A DNA stretch of 64,000 bases from Okamejei kenojei (Eukaryota): the NCBI GenBank assembly GCA_035221665.1, contig CM069155.1, positions 29,326,001-29,390,000 of the forward strand, written 5' to 3'. Positions 13,771 through 26,542 of this stretch are shown piece after piece. The position numbers and the translations under genes are program-made. The notes under the pieces are model-generated. The model was not told where the DNA came from. It was given only the letters and a program-made list of their open reading frames with translations, and made no database searches. Each line of letters begins with the position of its first letter. Within the stretch, counting starts at the first letter, position 1.

Positions 13771-14319
13771 ATGTGTAAATTTTATAAATGCACAATTCAA
13801 CTGTACTTGGATACCCTTCGTCTCATCTGATGTGCAGCTGCAATATGATTGAGAAAGAGTGGCATCATGAAGGAAAAAATGGCTTAACGGATTAGTGATG
13901 CATCTACCATTCACATCCTTCACCACAAACACAACTTATATAGAATAAACAACATAGAATCGCACATCACTGGAAAACAAATCTGCGGCAATACAAATCG
14001 TTGAAGTAACTCTGTTAATGGAAAATGTAATGCCTATTAGAAGAAACATGATAAGAAAATAATAGGGAAACAAGCAAGAACAAACCTAGAAAGACACAAA
14101 CTCCTGGAGTACACCAGCAGTACATGCAGTATTCCTTGAGCACGTGGACAGTAACGTTTCGCCCTGATCTCTTTTTTCAGACCTGAAGAAGTTTCTCGAC
14201 CCGAAACATCATCTATCAATGTATTCCAGAGATGCTGCTTGCCCCGCTGAGTTACTCCAGCTCTCTGTGTCCTTTTGTGTAAATCTGCATCTGGTGTTTC
14301 CGATATGGCCACATATACA

Positions 14320-14560
14320 TCAGTAAAACCAAAGCAATTAGGTGACAGCTTTGTTGAGCATCTGCTCTCAATCTGCTGCGGCCACACGGATCGTCTGGTT
14401 ATCAGTCATTTTAATTCTCCATCGCATTTCCACAAGGATGTTTCTGTCTTCCACGTCCGGAGTGAAGCTAAAGTCAAACTGTTGCAACAGGAGCTCGTAT
14501 TCCATCCGGGTAGTCCACAACCCAACGGCTTGAACATTGAATTTTCAATTTTATGATTAC
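14320..14560 (+). mobile_element. Penelope-like element 3' (GIY-YIG) fragment
   Basis: ORF reads KQLGDSFVEHL..HFNSPSH..LVFHPGSPQPNGLNIEFS, matching the PLE C-terminus pattern. Confidence 0.7.
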
Positions 14561-14849
14561 CCCTAAACACCGCTACCCCTTTCCATCTCATCCTATCTAT
14601 TCCCGGCCCATTCTGACACCTCTTATTCCCACCTCAACCCCCAGTTCTCCACCAGTTTCTTCCTCCTCCCCGACACTCTCCATCTCCTTCCCCCATTGCT
14701 CCCCTTCCTTCCCTCTTCAGTTCCCAGCTACCAACCTTCCTCATTTTGTTCCATTCCTCGCCTACACTTCCTTTCAGATGACAGAACCTACAGATGTATT
14801 TCCATATCATCTCACAGCCGTTGTTGACATCTTCACCCTTCCACCCCCT

Positions 14850-15640
14850 CCCCCAAACTTGAATGTTATCCACCAATCACCCCTCCATGAAGCCTCTGCA
14901 GTCTCTTGTGCCATCGCCAATAAGTCAATGTTTTCCAGATGGCGAGTAGATCTGATACGGAAGAAGCTTTCTTCATATTTTTCGCAACCACTAATGAAAG
15001 GCTCACTGGTATATACTTTTCTGGTTTCTCTCCGATGTCCTTCAGAAACAGGGAAACACAATTGAATATTCTCCGGTTCTTTGGCACCTGGCCTATGGCT
15101 GAAGAGCAAACAAAGGTCACCGCCAAAAACCCAGTATTCTACTCTCTTGCGTCTCTCAATAACGTGGGATAGATTCTATTAGGCTATGGTGACTTATCTA
15201 AGCTGACATTTTTCAAGAGACAACAAAATCATCCTTCTTGATGTCAACATGCCCTGGACTATTAACATACCTCTCCTTGATTTCGCTATCCTGCTTGTCC
15301 TTCTTCTCGTTTAGTATTTCGCCAATTTCATCCGGCTCCTTTGTCTTGAGTTGTTTTGCTATTTTCTTTGTAATATATGTATAACATGTCTCACGTTTCT
15401 CCTCAATCCTACATACTAAGGTCCTGCTACGGCCTTCTTGGCCCTTCTAATTCCCTGTTTACGTACGCTCCGTTTGGTGTATCTTCTTCAATGGCACAGA
15501 TGGATTTCAGCTTCCTGAACCATTCACTTGCGTCCTTTTATTTTTTTTTTGCAACATCTCCCTTCATCAGAGGTCGCAGAACAGTCCGATCCTTGGTGTT
15601 CTGAGGAACAAGTTAGTCCCTGAATTATGACCAGATGGCC
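14850..15640 (-). mobile_element. Old degenerate CR1 fragment
   Basis: Minus strand ctatcccacgttattgagagacgcaagag...caggtgccaaagaaccggagaata resembles YPRLLREARE..VPEDWRIA. Confidence 0.55.
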
Positions 15641-15904
15641 TTTTAAAATCCAACACATGAGATGTGAATTTACCAAATAAAAGTTGCTCCTAAGCTTCTC
15701 TGGTACAGAAGGCAGAAGGATTTGGAGTTCAGGTGCATGGTTCCTTGAACGTGGAGTGGTAGACAGCTGGTCAAAAAGGCTTTTGGCAAATTGGCCATCA
15801 ATCAGAGTATTAGTGTAGACCCTGTGAGGTCATGTTGCAGTTATAATAGATGTTGGTGAAGCCGCATTTAGAGTATTGTGTTCAGTTCTGGGCACCATGC
15901 TTGG

Positions 15905-16905
15905 GTTGGTTTTTGCGGACCGAGCGGAGGTGTTCGGCGAAAAACGATCGCCAAGCCTCCGCTTGGTCTCACCGATATAGATCATCTGGCATCTGGAGCA
16001 GCGATGCAGTAGATGAGATTGGAGGAGGTGCAGGTGAACCTCTGTTGGACCTGGAAGGACTGCTTGGGTCCCTGAAAGGAGTGGAGGGGGGAGGTGAAGG
16101 GACAAGTGTAGCATTTCTTGCGGTTGCAAGGGAAGGGGTAGAGCGGGAGGGAAGGGAAGAATTGACAAGGGAGTTGCGGAGGGAGCGGTCTTTGCGGAAG
16201 GCAGACAGGGGGGGAGATGGGAAGATGTGGCGAGTGGAGGGGTCACGTTGGAGGTGGCGAAACTGGCGGAGGACTATGTGTTGCATTTGCTGGCTGGTGG
16301 GGTGAAAGGTGAGGACCAGGGGGACTCTGCCCTTGTTGCCAGTGGGGGAATGGGCAGCGAGGGCAGTGTTGCGGGATATGGAGGAGACCCTGGTGCGAGC
16401 CTCATCTATAGTGGGTGAGGGAAATCCCCGTTCTCTGAAGAATGAGGCCATTTGTGATGACCTGGTGTGGAACACCTCATCCTGGAAGTAGATGCGGCGT
16501 AGACGGAGGAATTGGGAATAGGGGATGGAGTCCTTACAGGAAGCAGGGTGGGAGGAAGAGTAGTCCAAGTAGCTGTGGGAGTCAGTTGGTTTGTAGTGGA
16601 TGTCGGTCAGGAGTGTATCACCTGCAATAGAGATGGTGAGGTCAAGGAATGGTAGGGAAATGTCGGAAATGGTCCAAGTGTATTTTAGTGCCGGATGGAA
16701 GTTGGTGGTGAAATGGATGAAGTCAGTCAGTTGTGTGTGGGTGCAGGAGATGACACCAAAGCAATCGTCGATGTAAAGGAGGTAGAGGTCGGGGATGTGG
16801 CCCTGGTACGCCGAGAACAAGGAGTGTTGGACGTGCCCGACAAAGAGGCAAGCGTAGCTGGGGCCCATGCATGTGCCCATAGCTACGCCTTGTGTTTGGA
16901 GGAAA
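15905..16905 (-). mobile_element. Penelope-like retroelement fragment (RT C-terminal part + GIY-YIG), nested in a CR1 fragment
   Basis: ORF 15969-16880 contains MGTCMGPSYACLF, YIDD, LPFLDL and HYKPTDSHSYLDYSSSHP. A shifted frame gives IYIGETKRRLGDRF. CR1 3' pieces flank it at about 15720-15900 and 16910-17070. Confidence 0.9.
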
Positions 16906-18303
16906 CAGGAGGAGTAAAATAGGTTTACGGTTAAGGGAAAAATATTTAATAGGAATCTGAGGGGTTACTGCGGGCAGGTGGGGCTGGTTAGGCCCGGTGT
17001 GGGGAAATTGGGCCGTCGGGCCAGTTTCCATACTGTTTGACTGTATGACTGTATGACTCTATGGCTCTATCCCTTTCTCTAGATACGTTTGTTTGACCCG
17101 CTGAGTTGCTCCAGCTTTTAGTTCAAAACTCATTATTTTATGCAGGTGTTCAGGGATGGACAATCGAGATTTGGATTTTGTTCATCCTGCCCAATTGTCC
17201 AGTGCGGACGCTCGATGCTTTCCCTGGATGACGCAAAGCGTGTTGGAAGGGCTGCTATCAAATCGCCCTTGCGCAATGACATCGCCAATTACCGTCGCTG
17301 CATTCGCTCGACCACGAAAGCCGCACTGTGGACACGGACAACCAATTGGAAATCCAGACTGTTGCACATCCCGATTCATGGTAAAAAAAATTGGGAGGAA
17401 ATTAGTGCTAATATTTAAAAGGCGTGGGGAATCAACACCAGTTAAATTCCTGTTCAAGAACTTTGCATCATAATAAAATGAAACGGAAAAAACATTGCAT
17501 CCGAGATCAATTCATTGAGTACATTGACTCATGGAAAAAAGACCAAAAAAAACGAGGAAGCACGAATCACTTATTTGCCTTTATTCAATGTTGTTGAACA
17601 CGCAGCACTAAAAGTCAATTAAACTTGAACCAGTACATTATTTGGATAGACAGCGTTTACAATAACAGAGTTTCCAATACATAATATTTGATGAAAATTA
17701 AAACTGCGAAGTTTTTGGTTATTTATTTATGTATCTATCCACCGTTCCATTTATTTATTTACATATTCCGCCTATTTGGCCGATCTATTTTATATATTTT
17801 TTTTATTTTTTCTATTTATTCATCTACTCGTGTATTCGTTTATGTCCTTAGTTGCGTATTTATTTATTTATTGATTGATTTATTTATTTGTTGTTTTTTG
17901 ATTTCTTTTCCTCCTTCCCCTCCCCTGCTTGTGCCCCACCTGTATTGACACACTATTTATCCCCACTCTCCCTCCCCTTCCCTCTATATTCCTTCTTCTG
18001 TCTTCACGATTCGAACTGCTATCCTTAGATCACAACTTTTGTCTTTTCTTATCTTATCCATCAGCCAATCACGCGCCGCCTCACTGTATCCACCTACTTG
18101 TGAGGCAGTCATACCCCACCTCTCTTCCAGCTTTCTCCTCCACCCCCACCACAATCAGTCAGAAGAGAGGTCCCGACTCTAAAGGTCACCTATCCATGTT
18201 CTCCCGAGGGTTCTCCCCTAATTTGTGTAACATTTCGATCTGTTGTCACCTGGAAGAAATGCATGATCCAAGTTTCCCAGCTCAGCGCGCAAGTTTTTCA
18301 CCA

Positions 18304-18589
18304 TCAAATAAAATGGATCGTGATGTTTTACGTAATGGGATTTGCCTTTAGTCTCGTATTTAACCACTCAGGAGGAAAGCGTGTGTAGTTTCCAATCTGA
18401 GGCTGGCAGAGGGCTGCCCGTCTCCTGCTGGACCCGGTTGGTCTCAACGCCATTCCTTCTCGCAGTTTTGTCTGCAGTTCACTCAATGTTTACACCCCGC
18501 GAATTAAGCCCGCTTACCGAACACACCAGGGTAGCGGGTCCATTTACCGTGACTTCGTTCGGCGAAGGTGGCAGAACCGACCTTAGGAT
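18304..18589 (-). pseudogene. Degenerate IgL constant pseudo-exon (psi-C a)
   Basis: Acceptor ataaccag. Reads ..SVLPPSPNEVTVNGPATLVCSVSGLNSRGVNIE*TADKTARRNGVETNRVQQET..ASDWKLHTLSS*VVKYET.., with in-frame stops and deletions. Confidence 0.85.
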
Positions 18590-19738
18590 CTGGTTATAAA
18601 ATGGACCAGTTCAATAAAAGTTGGAAAACTTCTCCAGAAACATTACGCTTTGCGATATCATTATCACAACGTCTCTCTCTCTATCAGCGGTTGATACTCA
18701 GAGTTTTCTTTCCAGGGCCGATGTATTATATTATATATTTTTTAGCTTTAAGGTAGGAGAGTTTGAATGGGGTACACTTTGCATGTCTTTTTTAAACAGA
18801 AAGTGTGGAACGCTTTGGTAGAAGAAGCGGTGGAAGTAGGTCCAAGAGGCGTTTAGGCAAGCACGTGAACAGATAGGGAATAGAGGGATATAGACATTAT
18901 TTTTCTCAGGCAGACTGCATTAGTGTAAATTGGCAATAGGTTCGCACAGACATCGCGGGCCATCGTGGATAGGTATGAAGTTATGGCACTGACATCGTGT
19001 TTTACAGCATTCACGCGGATGATGAGCAAGAGAAGCCGACAGCATTTATGTGTGGCATGAGTGTAAGTGCATGATTTTCTCGCCGGTCCTGGCGCTCACA
19101 TCTAGAAATCTTCGAAAGGCAACGCTAAAATAATGTAATTACATTACGACACAGGAAAAAATGCGGCCTCCCCCACCCCCGTCTTTATTTTCTTGTAATT
19201 TTCTCTCTCTCTCCTGGATATTTAATCTCCATTTGATTCACTTTGCGATGTATCTTCACTATGGGTATTAGAGCAATAGATAGGGATGGGAAATCGATGC
19301 ATCGTCTGGCCAACAATACATTAATCCCCTAAATAAATCAATGGGTAGGGATTAATTTAGCTAAAAAACCATAAACCGACAGTGTTAGTTAACGTGTAGG
19401 AAGGAACTGCAGATGCTGGTTTAAATCTAAGATAGACACAAAATGCTCGAGTAACGCAGCGGGACAGGAAACATCTCTCGATTCGGGTCTGAAGAAGGGT
19501 CTCGACCGGAAAGGTCACAAATTCCTTCTGTCCAGATATGCTCTCTATCCCGCTGAGTTGCTCCAGCATGTTGTATCTAGTGTTGGTTAACGCCTGTTTC
19601 GTTCTTTTTCCGGTCTAAGAGAAATATGGATTTGTTTTCCTGCAATATAGTTATTGAGTCCACTGAACGTTTCGATATATGTCAAAATCATGGAAGGGCA
19701 AGGCACAATTACGCCGCTGGCAGGCGACATGATATTTG

Positions 19739-22700
19739 AGAAGCAAGTGGATGACCTCAGGTTCGTCCGAGAAACTGAGTCGTTCCTCGACAAGTCCTAC
19801 AGTAAGATTGTTACGCCTAAGGTACTGGAAGAGAGAAGGCGGGTGACGGTGAGAAAGAGAGGGAAACATGGAATGCAAATGTCCCCGGGTGTTGTACCTC
19901 TTGTGAACAGGTTCACCCACTCAGAAGCTGTCGGGACAGAAGACGTTATCACACTGAGTGGCGGACTGGCTTGCGACGCAAAAAGGGCTGTTCAGCCAAA
20001 ACCAAAGAGGCCAACGTCAGGCAACGCCACCGTAGTTGGAGTCTCCATTGTGCGGGATTAGACGGGATTCGAGGATGGTGCGCTGCTTTCCTGGTGCCAG
20101 GATCCAGGATATCACGGACGGAGTGCAGAAAATCCTCAAGGGCGAAGGTGAACAGCCGGAAGTGGTAGCGCATGTTGGCACAAATGATGTCGGAAAGAAG
20201 GGGACGAATATTCTGCAGCGTGACCTTAGAGAGCTCGGAAAAATGCTGAAAAGCAGGACCTCCAAGGTTGTTATCTCCGGTTTGCTTCCAGTTCCTCGTG
20301 CTGGCGAGAGCAGGACCAGGGAGACACGGGTCCTGAACGTGTGGCTGAACAACTGGTGCAGGGGGCAGGGATTTAGATTCTTAGATCACTGGGGAGTAAG
20401 GGGGGGGGGTGCATAAAAGGGACGTATTGCATCTGAATAGGTGGGGAACCAGCATTCTGGCAGGCAGGGTTTAGGGTTTAGGCCACTGCTACACTGGTGG
20501 TTTTAAACTGAATAAGGGGGGTGGGGTGTGTCAAATGGGATAGTCGATGATGGAGTTAAAGGGAAAGAGAGTAAAGGGATGTTTAATGACCCCCTGAATC
20601 AACGGGAAAGGAAGCTCACAAAGGGATAGGAGAGTATGGCCAAGTGTAATAGGGATCGATGTGAAAGGTGAGATGCGTAAGGAATGAAAAGTATTGTACA
20701 TGAATGCGCGAAGTACAAGAAGTAAAGTAGATGAGCTTGAGGCTCAGTTAGAGGTTGGTAGATATGACATTGTGGGGATTACTGAGACGTGGCTGCAGGA
20801 GGATCAGGCCTGGGAACTTAATATTCAGGGTTATACATCCTATAGAAAGGACAGGCAGGTTGGCAGAGGAGGCGGGGTAGCTCTGCTAGTGAGGGATGAA
20901 ATTCAGTCCCTTGCGCGGGAAGACATATGGACTGACGAGGTAGAGTCACCGTGGATTGAGTTGAGGAATTGTAAAGGCAAGAAGACGCTAATTGGTTTTA
21001 TTTACAGAGCCCCAAATAGTAGCCCGGATGTACGTTATACGTTGCAGCAGGAGTTAAAACTGGCATGCAACACAGGTAATACCGCTGTGGTGATGGGCGA
21101 TTTTAATATGCAGGTTGACTGGGAAAATCAGGTTGGTTCAGGACCCCAAGAAAGAGAGTTTGTAGAATTCCTCCGAGATGGATTCTTAGAGTAGCTTGCA
21201 ATGGAGCCGACCAGAGAAAGGGCAATTCTGGATATAGTGTGGTCCAATTAACCTGATATGATAAGAGAACTTGAGGTAAAAGAACCGCTTGAAGGCAGTG
21301 ATCATAATATGATTAGTTTTAACCTGCAATTTGAGAAGGAGAACGATACATCCGAATTGGCAGTGATGCAGTTGAACAAAAGTGACTATGAAGGCATGAG
21401 AGGGAGCTGGCCAAAGTAGACTGGAAAGGGATCCTAGCAGGAATGACGGTGGAACAGCAATGGCAGGAATTTCTGGGCATAATCCGGAAGACGCATGATC
21501 ATTTCATTCCAAAAAGGAAGACAGATTCTAAGGAGAGTATGAAGCAACCGTGGCTGACAAGAGAAGTGAGGGATAGAATAATACGAAAAGAAAAGGTGAA
21601 TAACACAACAAAGAGTAGCCGGAAGCCAGAGGATTGGGAACAGAAGGAAACAAAACGGGCAATACGTTGGACAACAGAAGGAAACAAAATGGGCAATACG
21701 GGCTGAAAATATTGAGTATGAAGGGAAGCTGGCCAGGAATATAAAGAAGGACAGTAAAAGCTTCTTTAGATAATTTAAGGGAAAAAGAGTAGCAAAGTAA
21801 AATGTGGGTCCCTTGAAGGCAGTCACGGGTGAAATTATTATGGGCAACAAGGAAATGGAAGAAGAGTTGAATAGGTACTTCGGATCTGTCTTCACTAAGG
21901 AAGACACAAACAATCTCCCTTATGTACTGGAGGCGAGAGGATCTAATGGGGTAGAGGAACTGAAAGAAATGTTCATTAGGCGAGAAATAGTATTGGGTAG
22001 GCAATGGGACTGAAGGGTGATAAATCCCCTGGGCCTGATGGTCTGCATCGCAGGGTCCTCAGGGAGGTGGCTCGAGAAATAGTGGACGCATTGGTGATCG
22101 TTTTCCAATGTTCAATAGATTCAGGATCAGTTCCTGTGGATTCGAGGATAGCTAATGTTATCCCACTTTTCAAGAAAGGAGTGAGAGAGAAAACGGGGAA
22201 CTACAGACCAGTTAGCCTGACTTCGGTGGTGGGAAAGATGCTGGAGTCAATTATTAAAGAGGTAATAATGGGGCATTTGGATAGCAATAAAAGGATTAGT
22301 CCAAGTCAACATGGATTTATGAAAGGGAAATCATGCTTGACTAATGTTCTGGAATTTTTTGAGGATGTGACAAGTAAAATGGATGAAGGGGTGCCAGTGG
22401 ATGTTGTGTAATCTAGACTTTCAGAAAGCCCTTTGATAAGGTCCCGCACGGGAGACTGGTGACTAAAATTAGAGCAGGTGTATTGGGGGTAGGGTGTTGA
22501 CATGGATAGAAAATTGGTTGGCAAAGAGTAGGAGTGAACGGCAGAATGGCAGGCAGTGGCGAGTAGAGTGCCGCAAGGCTCGGTGTTGGGGACGCAACTG
22601 CTTACCATATATATTAATGATTTGGAAGAGGGAATTAGGAGCAACACTAGCAAGTTTGCGGATGACACAAAGTTGGGTGACAGTGTGAACTGTGAAGAGG

Positions 22701-23590
22701 ATGTTTGGAGCTTGCAGGATGACCTGGACAGGTTGAGTGAGTGGGCAGATGCGTGGCAGATGCAGTATAATATAGATAACTGTGCGGTTATCCACTTTGG
22801 CGGCAAAAACAAGGGGCAGATTATTAGCTCAATGGGGTTAGGTTAGGTAAGGGGGAGGTACAGCGAGACCTGGGTGTCCTTGTACACCAATCACTGAAAG
22901 TTGGCGTGCAGGTACAGCAGGCAGTGAAGAAAGCTAATGGAATGTCGGCCTTCATAACAGAAGGATTTCAGTACAGAAGTAAAGAATTTCTTCTGCAGTT
23001 GTATAGGGTTCTGGTGAGACCACATCTGGAGTATTGTGTACAGTTTTGGTCTCCTAATTTGAGGAAGGACATCCTTGTGATTGAGGCAGTGTAGCGTAGG
23101 TTCACGAGATAGATCCCTGGGATGGCGGGACTGTCATATGAGGAAAGATTGAAAAGACTAGGCTTGTGATCACTCGAGTTTAGAAGGATGAGGGTGGATC
23201 TTAGAGAAACATCAAAAAATTATAAAAGGACAGGACAAGCTAGATGCAGGAAAATTGTTCCCAATGTTGGGCGAGTGAAGAACCAGGGGCCACAGTCTTA
23301 GAATAAGGGGAGGTCGTTTAAGACTATGGTGAGAAAAAACCGTTTTCTCCCAGAGAGTTGTGAATTTATGGAATTCCCTGCCACAGAGGGCAGTGGAGGT
23401 CAAATCACTGGATGGATTTAAGAGAGAGTTAGATAGATCTCTAGGAGCTAGTGGAATGAAGGGATATGGGGAGAAGGCAGGCACGGGTAATTGATAGGGT
23501 ACGATCAGCCATGATCATAATGAATGGCGGTGCTGACTCGAAGGGCCGAATGGCCTCCTCCTGCAGCTATTTTCTATGTTTCGATGTTTC
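19739..23590 (+). mobile_element. Near full-length CR1 LINE (ORF1 esterase, ORF2 APE + RT), inactivated
   Basis: ORF1 SGNH-like motifs VVGVSIVR, CFPGARIQD and HVGTNDVG. APE motifs YMNARS, GITETWL and VMGDFN. RT motifs PQGSVLG and KFADDTKL, with a (TTCTATGT)n-like tail. Empty site gatatttg|caaatg in the paralog at about 35597-35610. Confidence 0.95.
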
Positions 23591-24856
23591 CAAATGCATA
23601 AGCAGTGAGGGGAATAGTCATTATTCCGGAAACATAACCACAGACTGGTGACAGTCGTTTTTCTATGTCGTTCTAGTTGTGGTAATTCGGTTTTGTTAGA
23701 ATGATACACAGGTATTAAATTTTAATAGCACCGTCAGAGAGCCGCAATCAAATAGTTACATGGGTATTCAAATAGACGATTGAAAAACAATTAAAATATC
23801 AATTTACATTGACCTAAGAAATAACAGAATGCAAATAAAAGCAAAGATCACAGATCCCCAGATGCTATTTTTCTTTGGCTCCAACATGTGAATAATCAAC
23901 AAGTTTCAGAAAATTGATGCCCAGGTTGTCTTTGGCTGTGTATCCGAGTAATTTATTTTCCTGACGCGTAAAGCCAACAGACAGAGAATTACAAAGAGTG
24001 GTGTAGAGAAACAGGGGCATTATGTAAATGAGGGAGAGGAACAAAATGAGAGATACAGCGGGGATCAGAGAGAAAGGAAAAGCAAGGGTAGAGAGCAACG
24101 GAGGAGGAGGTGAAGTTTAAAGCAATGAGGGCGATGTAAAGTACATAATTTAAAAGATTCATGGACAAAACGGGAATTAAAATAAAAAACATACAATTTG
24201 CAGATGACAGGCGTCCATGCAGATATGTAATTAATGGGAAAACAATACTAATTCTTATTAGTATTGATTAGTACTAATCCTGATAGCGGGGCTGTAATTG
24301 TAATTAAGAGACTTCAACTAAAATCCACCATTAAGCATAATAGATATAGATACAAAATTAGTCTAACTCAGCGGGGCAGGCAACATCTCTGGAGAAAGGG
24401 AAAATATGATGTTTCGGGTCGAACCCCTTCTTCAAGCTGAGTGTCGGGGGGATGGGGGGTGGGGCAACTAGAGGTATGAAAAGATTCAGAACAAATAAAA
24501 CCCGATGTCGATGACCATGGAAAGGTAGAGCTCACAATGGACAACCAGGACACTAGGGGAACCGAAGGAAAAGGCAAGGCCGGGATGACTCAAATCTTTG
24601 CTGTTGGCTCCTTCACGGAAATTACAAGCTGCAGAAGAAATTGGGAAGAAATTGGGCATGATAATGTCAGCTCGAGAGTAATCGGAATTGGTTCCTTTGA
24701 ACAGGGAAGGAATAATGGTGATTTGAATGAAGTGCATAGTCAAGACGTTTAATTGACCAATTTGTTCCGAGTGAAATAATGTTCAGTATCTACAAGTTAC
24801 AGTTTTAGAGGAATTGCCCAAATAACTAACGATCAGGTGAGCAATTGCAGATATGC

Positions 24857-25190
24857 GACGATTTATTCGAATCAGCAAAAATGTCTACAATCCGGATCAT
24901 TTAGAAAAGGTAGACACATAAAGCTGGTGTAACTTAGCGGGTCAGACAGCATCTGTGAAGAAAATGAATAGGTGACATTTCGGATCGAGATTCTTCTTCA
25001 GACAGTCTGAAGAAGGGCCTTGACCCAAAACGTCACCGATTCCTTTTCTCCAGAGATGCTTTCTGACCCGCTGAGTTGCTCCAGCTGTTTGTGTCTTACC
25101 TTTTCTAAATGATCCGGATTGTAGGCATTTTTTGCTGATTCGAATAAATCGTCTATCTTTGGTTTAAACCAGCATCTGCAGCTCCTTCCG
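24857..25190. repeat. Palindromic SINE-like element with an extended inverted repeat (about 300-bp hairpin)
   Basis: Arms centred on cttcagac-a-gtctgaag (about 25003). 25091-25153 is the reverse complement of 24857-24917. Confidence 0.85.
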
Positions 25191-26272
25191 ATTCATTAAG
25201 ACCTAAGCCCAGGTTGCTCATGTAACGTGAAAATAATTGGGAATAAGTCTTGGAATAAGTGAAAAGCGATTTGTGACAGAGGTAGGGGTTTGTCCGTGTC
25301 TGCTTGTCCTCTTACTATAGCAAATAGTTCCCTATTGTTCGCTCTTAACCCCGCCCCCGTTCTATTCTCACCCCCCCCCCCTCTCTCTCTCTCTTTTTCT
25401 CACGTGTCTATATGAAGCTGCCGTGCACTCATCGCATCTTTCTGAAGACATTATCCTGCTTTATTGAGAGTGTTGTTGGCCAGTTCCAGTGTGATACCAC
25501 CGTGAGACACGTGCACGCCACATACAAACTCAGTACCTGTTCTGCTAACGCCAATAATCACCCTGTTTCGTTAAAGCTGACAATCGGAAGAAATAAAGTG
25601 TAATGTTTGTAAATATTTAAATACAAACCGCGTCACCGATTAGTGTGAAAGTGACAGTCTTCTGTGATAAAGGATGGAGGTGCCATGCTCGGTGCGAGGA
25701 GTGTAAAGTGGAGGTGCGAACAACCCATCCGTTTACAGAAACTTGCTAATATGTTGGGAATTAATGGCGTTTCCAAATTTCCAGATTTCCAGGTATGCAC
25801 ACGCATTTTATTTAATTATATAACGGTGCATCGTATGAACGAAGACATATTTGACAATCCCTGAATGCTGGTAGGGACGGTTTTTTTTAAAATTATGCCT
25901 AACAACAGACTGAAACGTCTAATCTATTTCTCACTTCCCACGTGCCGCCTGACTTACTGAGAATTAATAGTATTTTCTGTTTATTTCTGTGATATTTTTC
26001 GTATTAAGACCACGTTTGCCATGCTTGGTTTACACAGATCTTTGTCTGATTAATGTTGTACACGAACTGACAAAGCGCTGTAGAACGCGTGGTATAAATC
26101 GACGAGTGGCTCACTACTGTTGTACGATTGTAATTAGTGATCGAAATAGAGAAACAAAATTAGTGTTGGTAGCTCAAATCTACGAGACAGCACAACCCAT
26201 TTAAGCCATCATGGTTCGGGTCAGAAATAAAACAAAGGGAATCAACAATGCATTTGAAATGCGTTTTTAAAC

Positions 26273-26278
26273 TTTATT
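26273..26278 (-). terminator. PolyA signal, IgL cluster 2
   Basis: AATAAA on the minus strand about 265 nt after the stop. Conserved in cluster 3 (42098-42103). Confidence 0.75.
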
Positions 26279-26542
26279 GAACGGCTGCAAAGATACCCTG
26301 GGTACAATAGCAACATCCATGTTTTCGGCTAACGCAATTGAATCTACTTGATGCTTCATTCAAGAACGTCATTCTTTCGAAAGAACTACATTTAAAGTGA
26401 ACAAGTCATAAAAATCGAAGTTTCAACTACAAATGGCATTTCTGAACGAAAACACCGATGTCCAATACATTACTAACTTGTCACATGGACGAACCCAATG
26501 ATGATAAACTAACTTTGTCAAGTCAGCCTCACGTTTCCAACA

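Noticed and set aside
23829-23836. Perfect octamers 3' of the C exons (5573, 23829, 35825) as enhancers
   Set aside because: Several such 8-mers are expected by chance in 64 kb of AT-rich DNA. One lies inside a CR1 and two are duplicates of each other.
24537-24752. 71-79-aa ORF present in both duplicated blocks (also 40628-40867)
   Set aside because: Conservation is explained by recent duplication. It starts within a SINE and has no recognisable domain.
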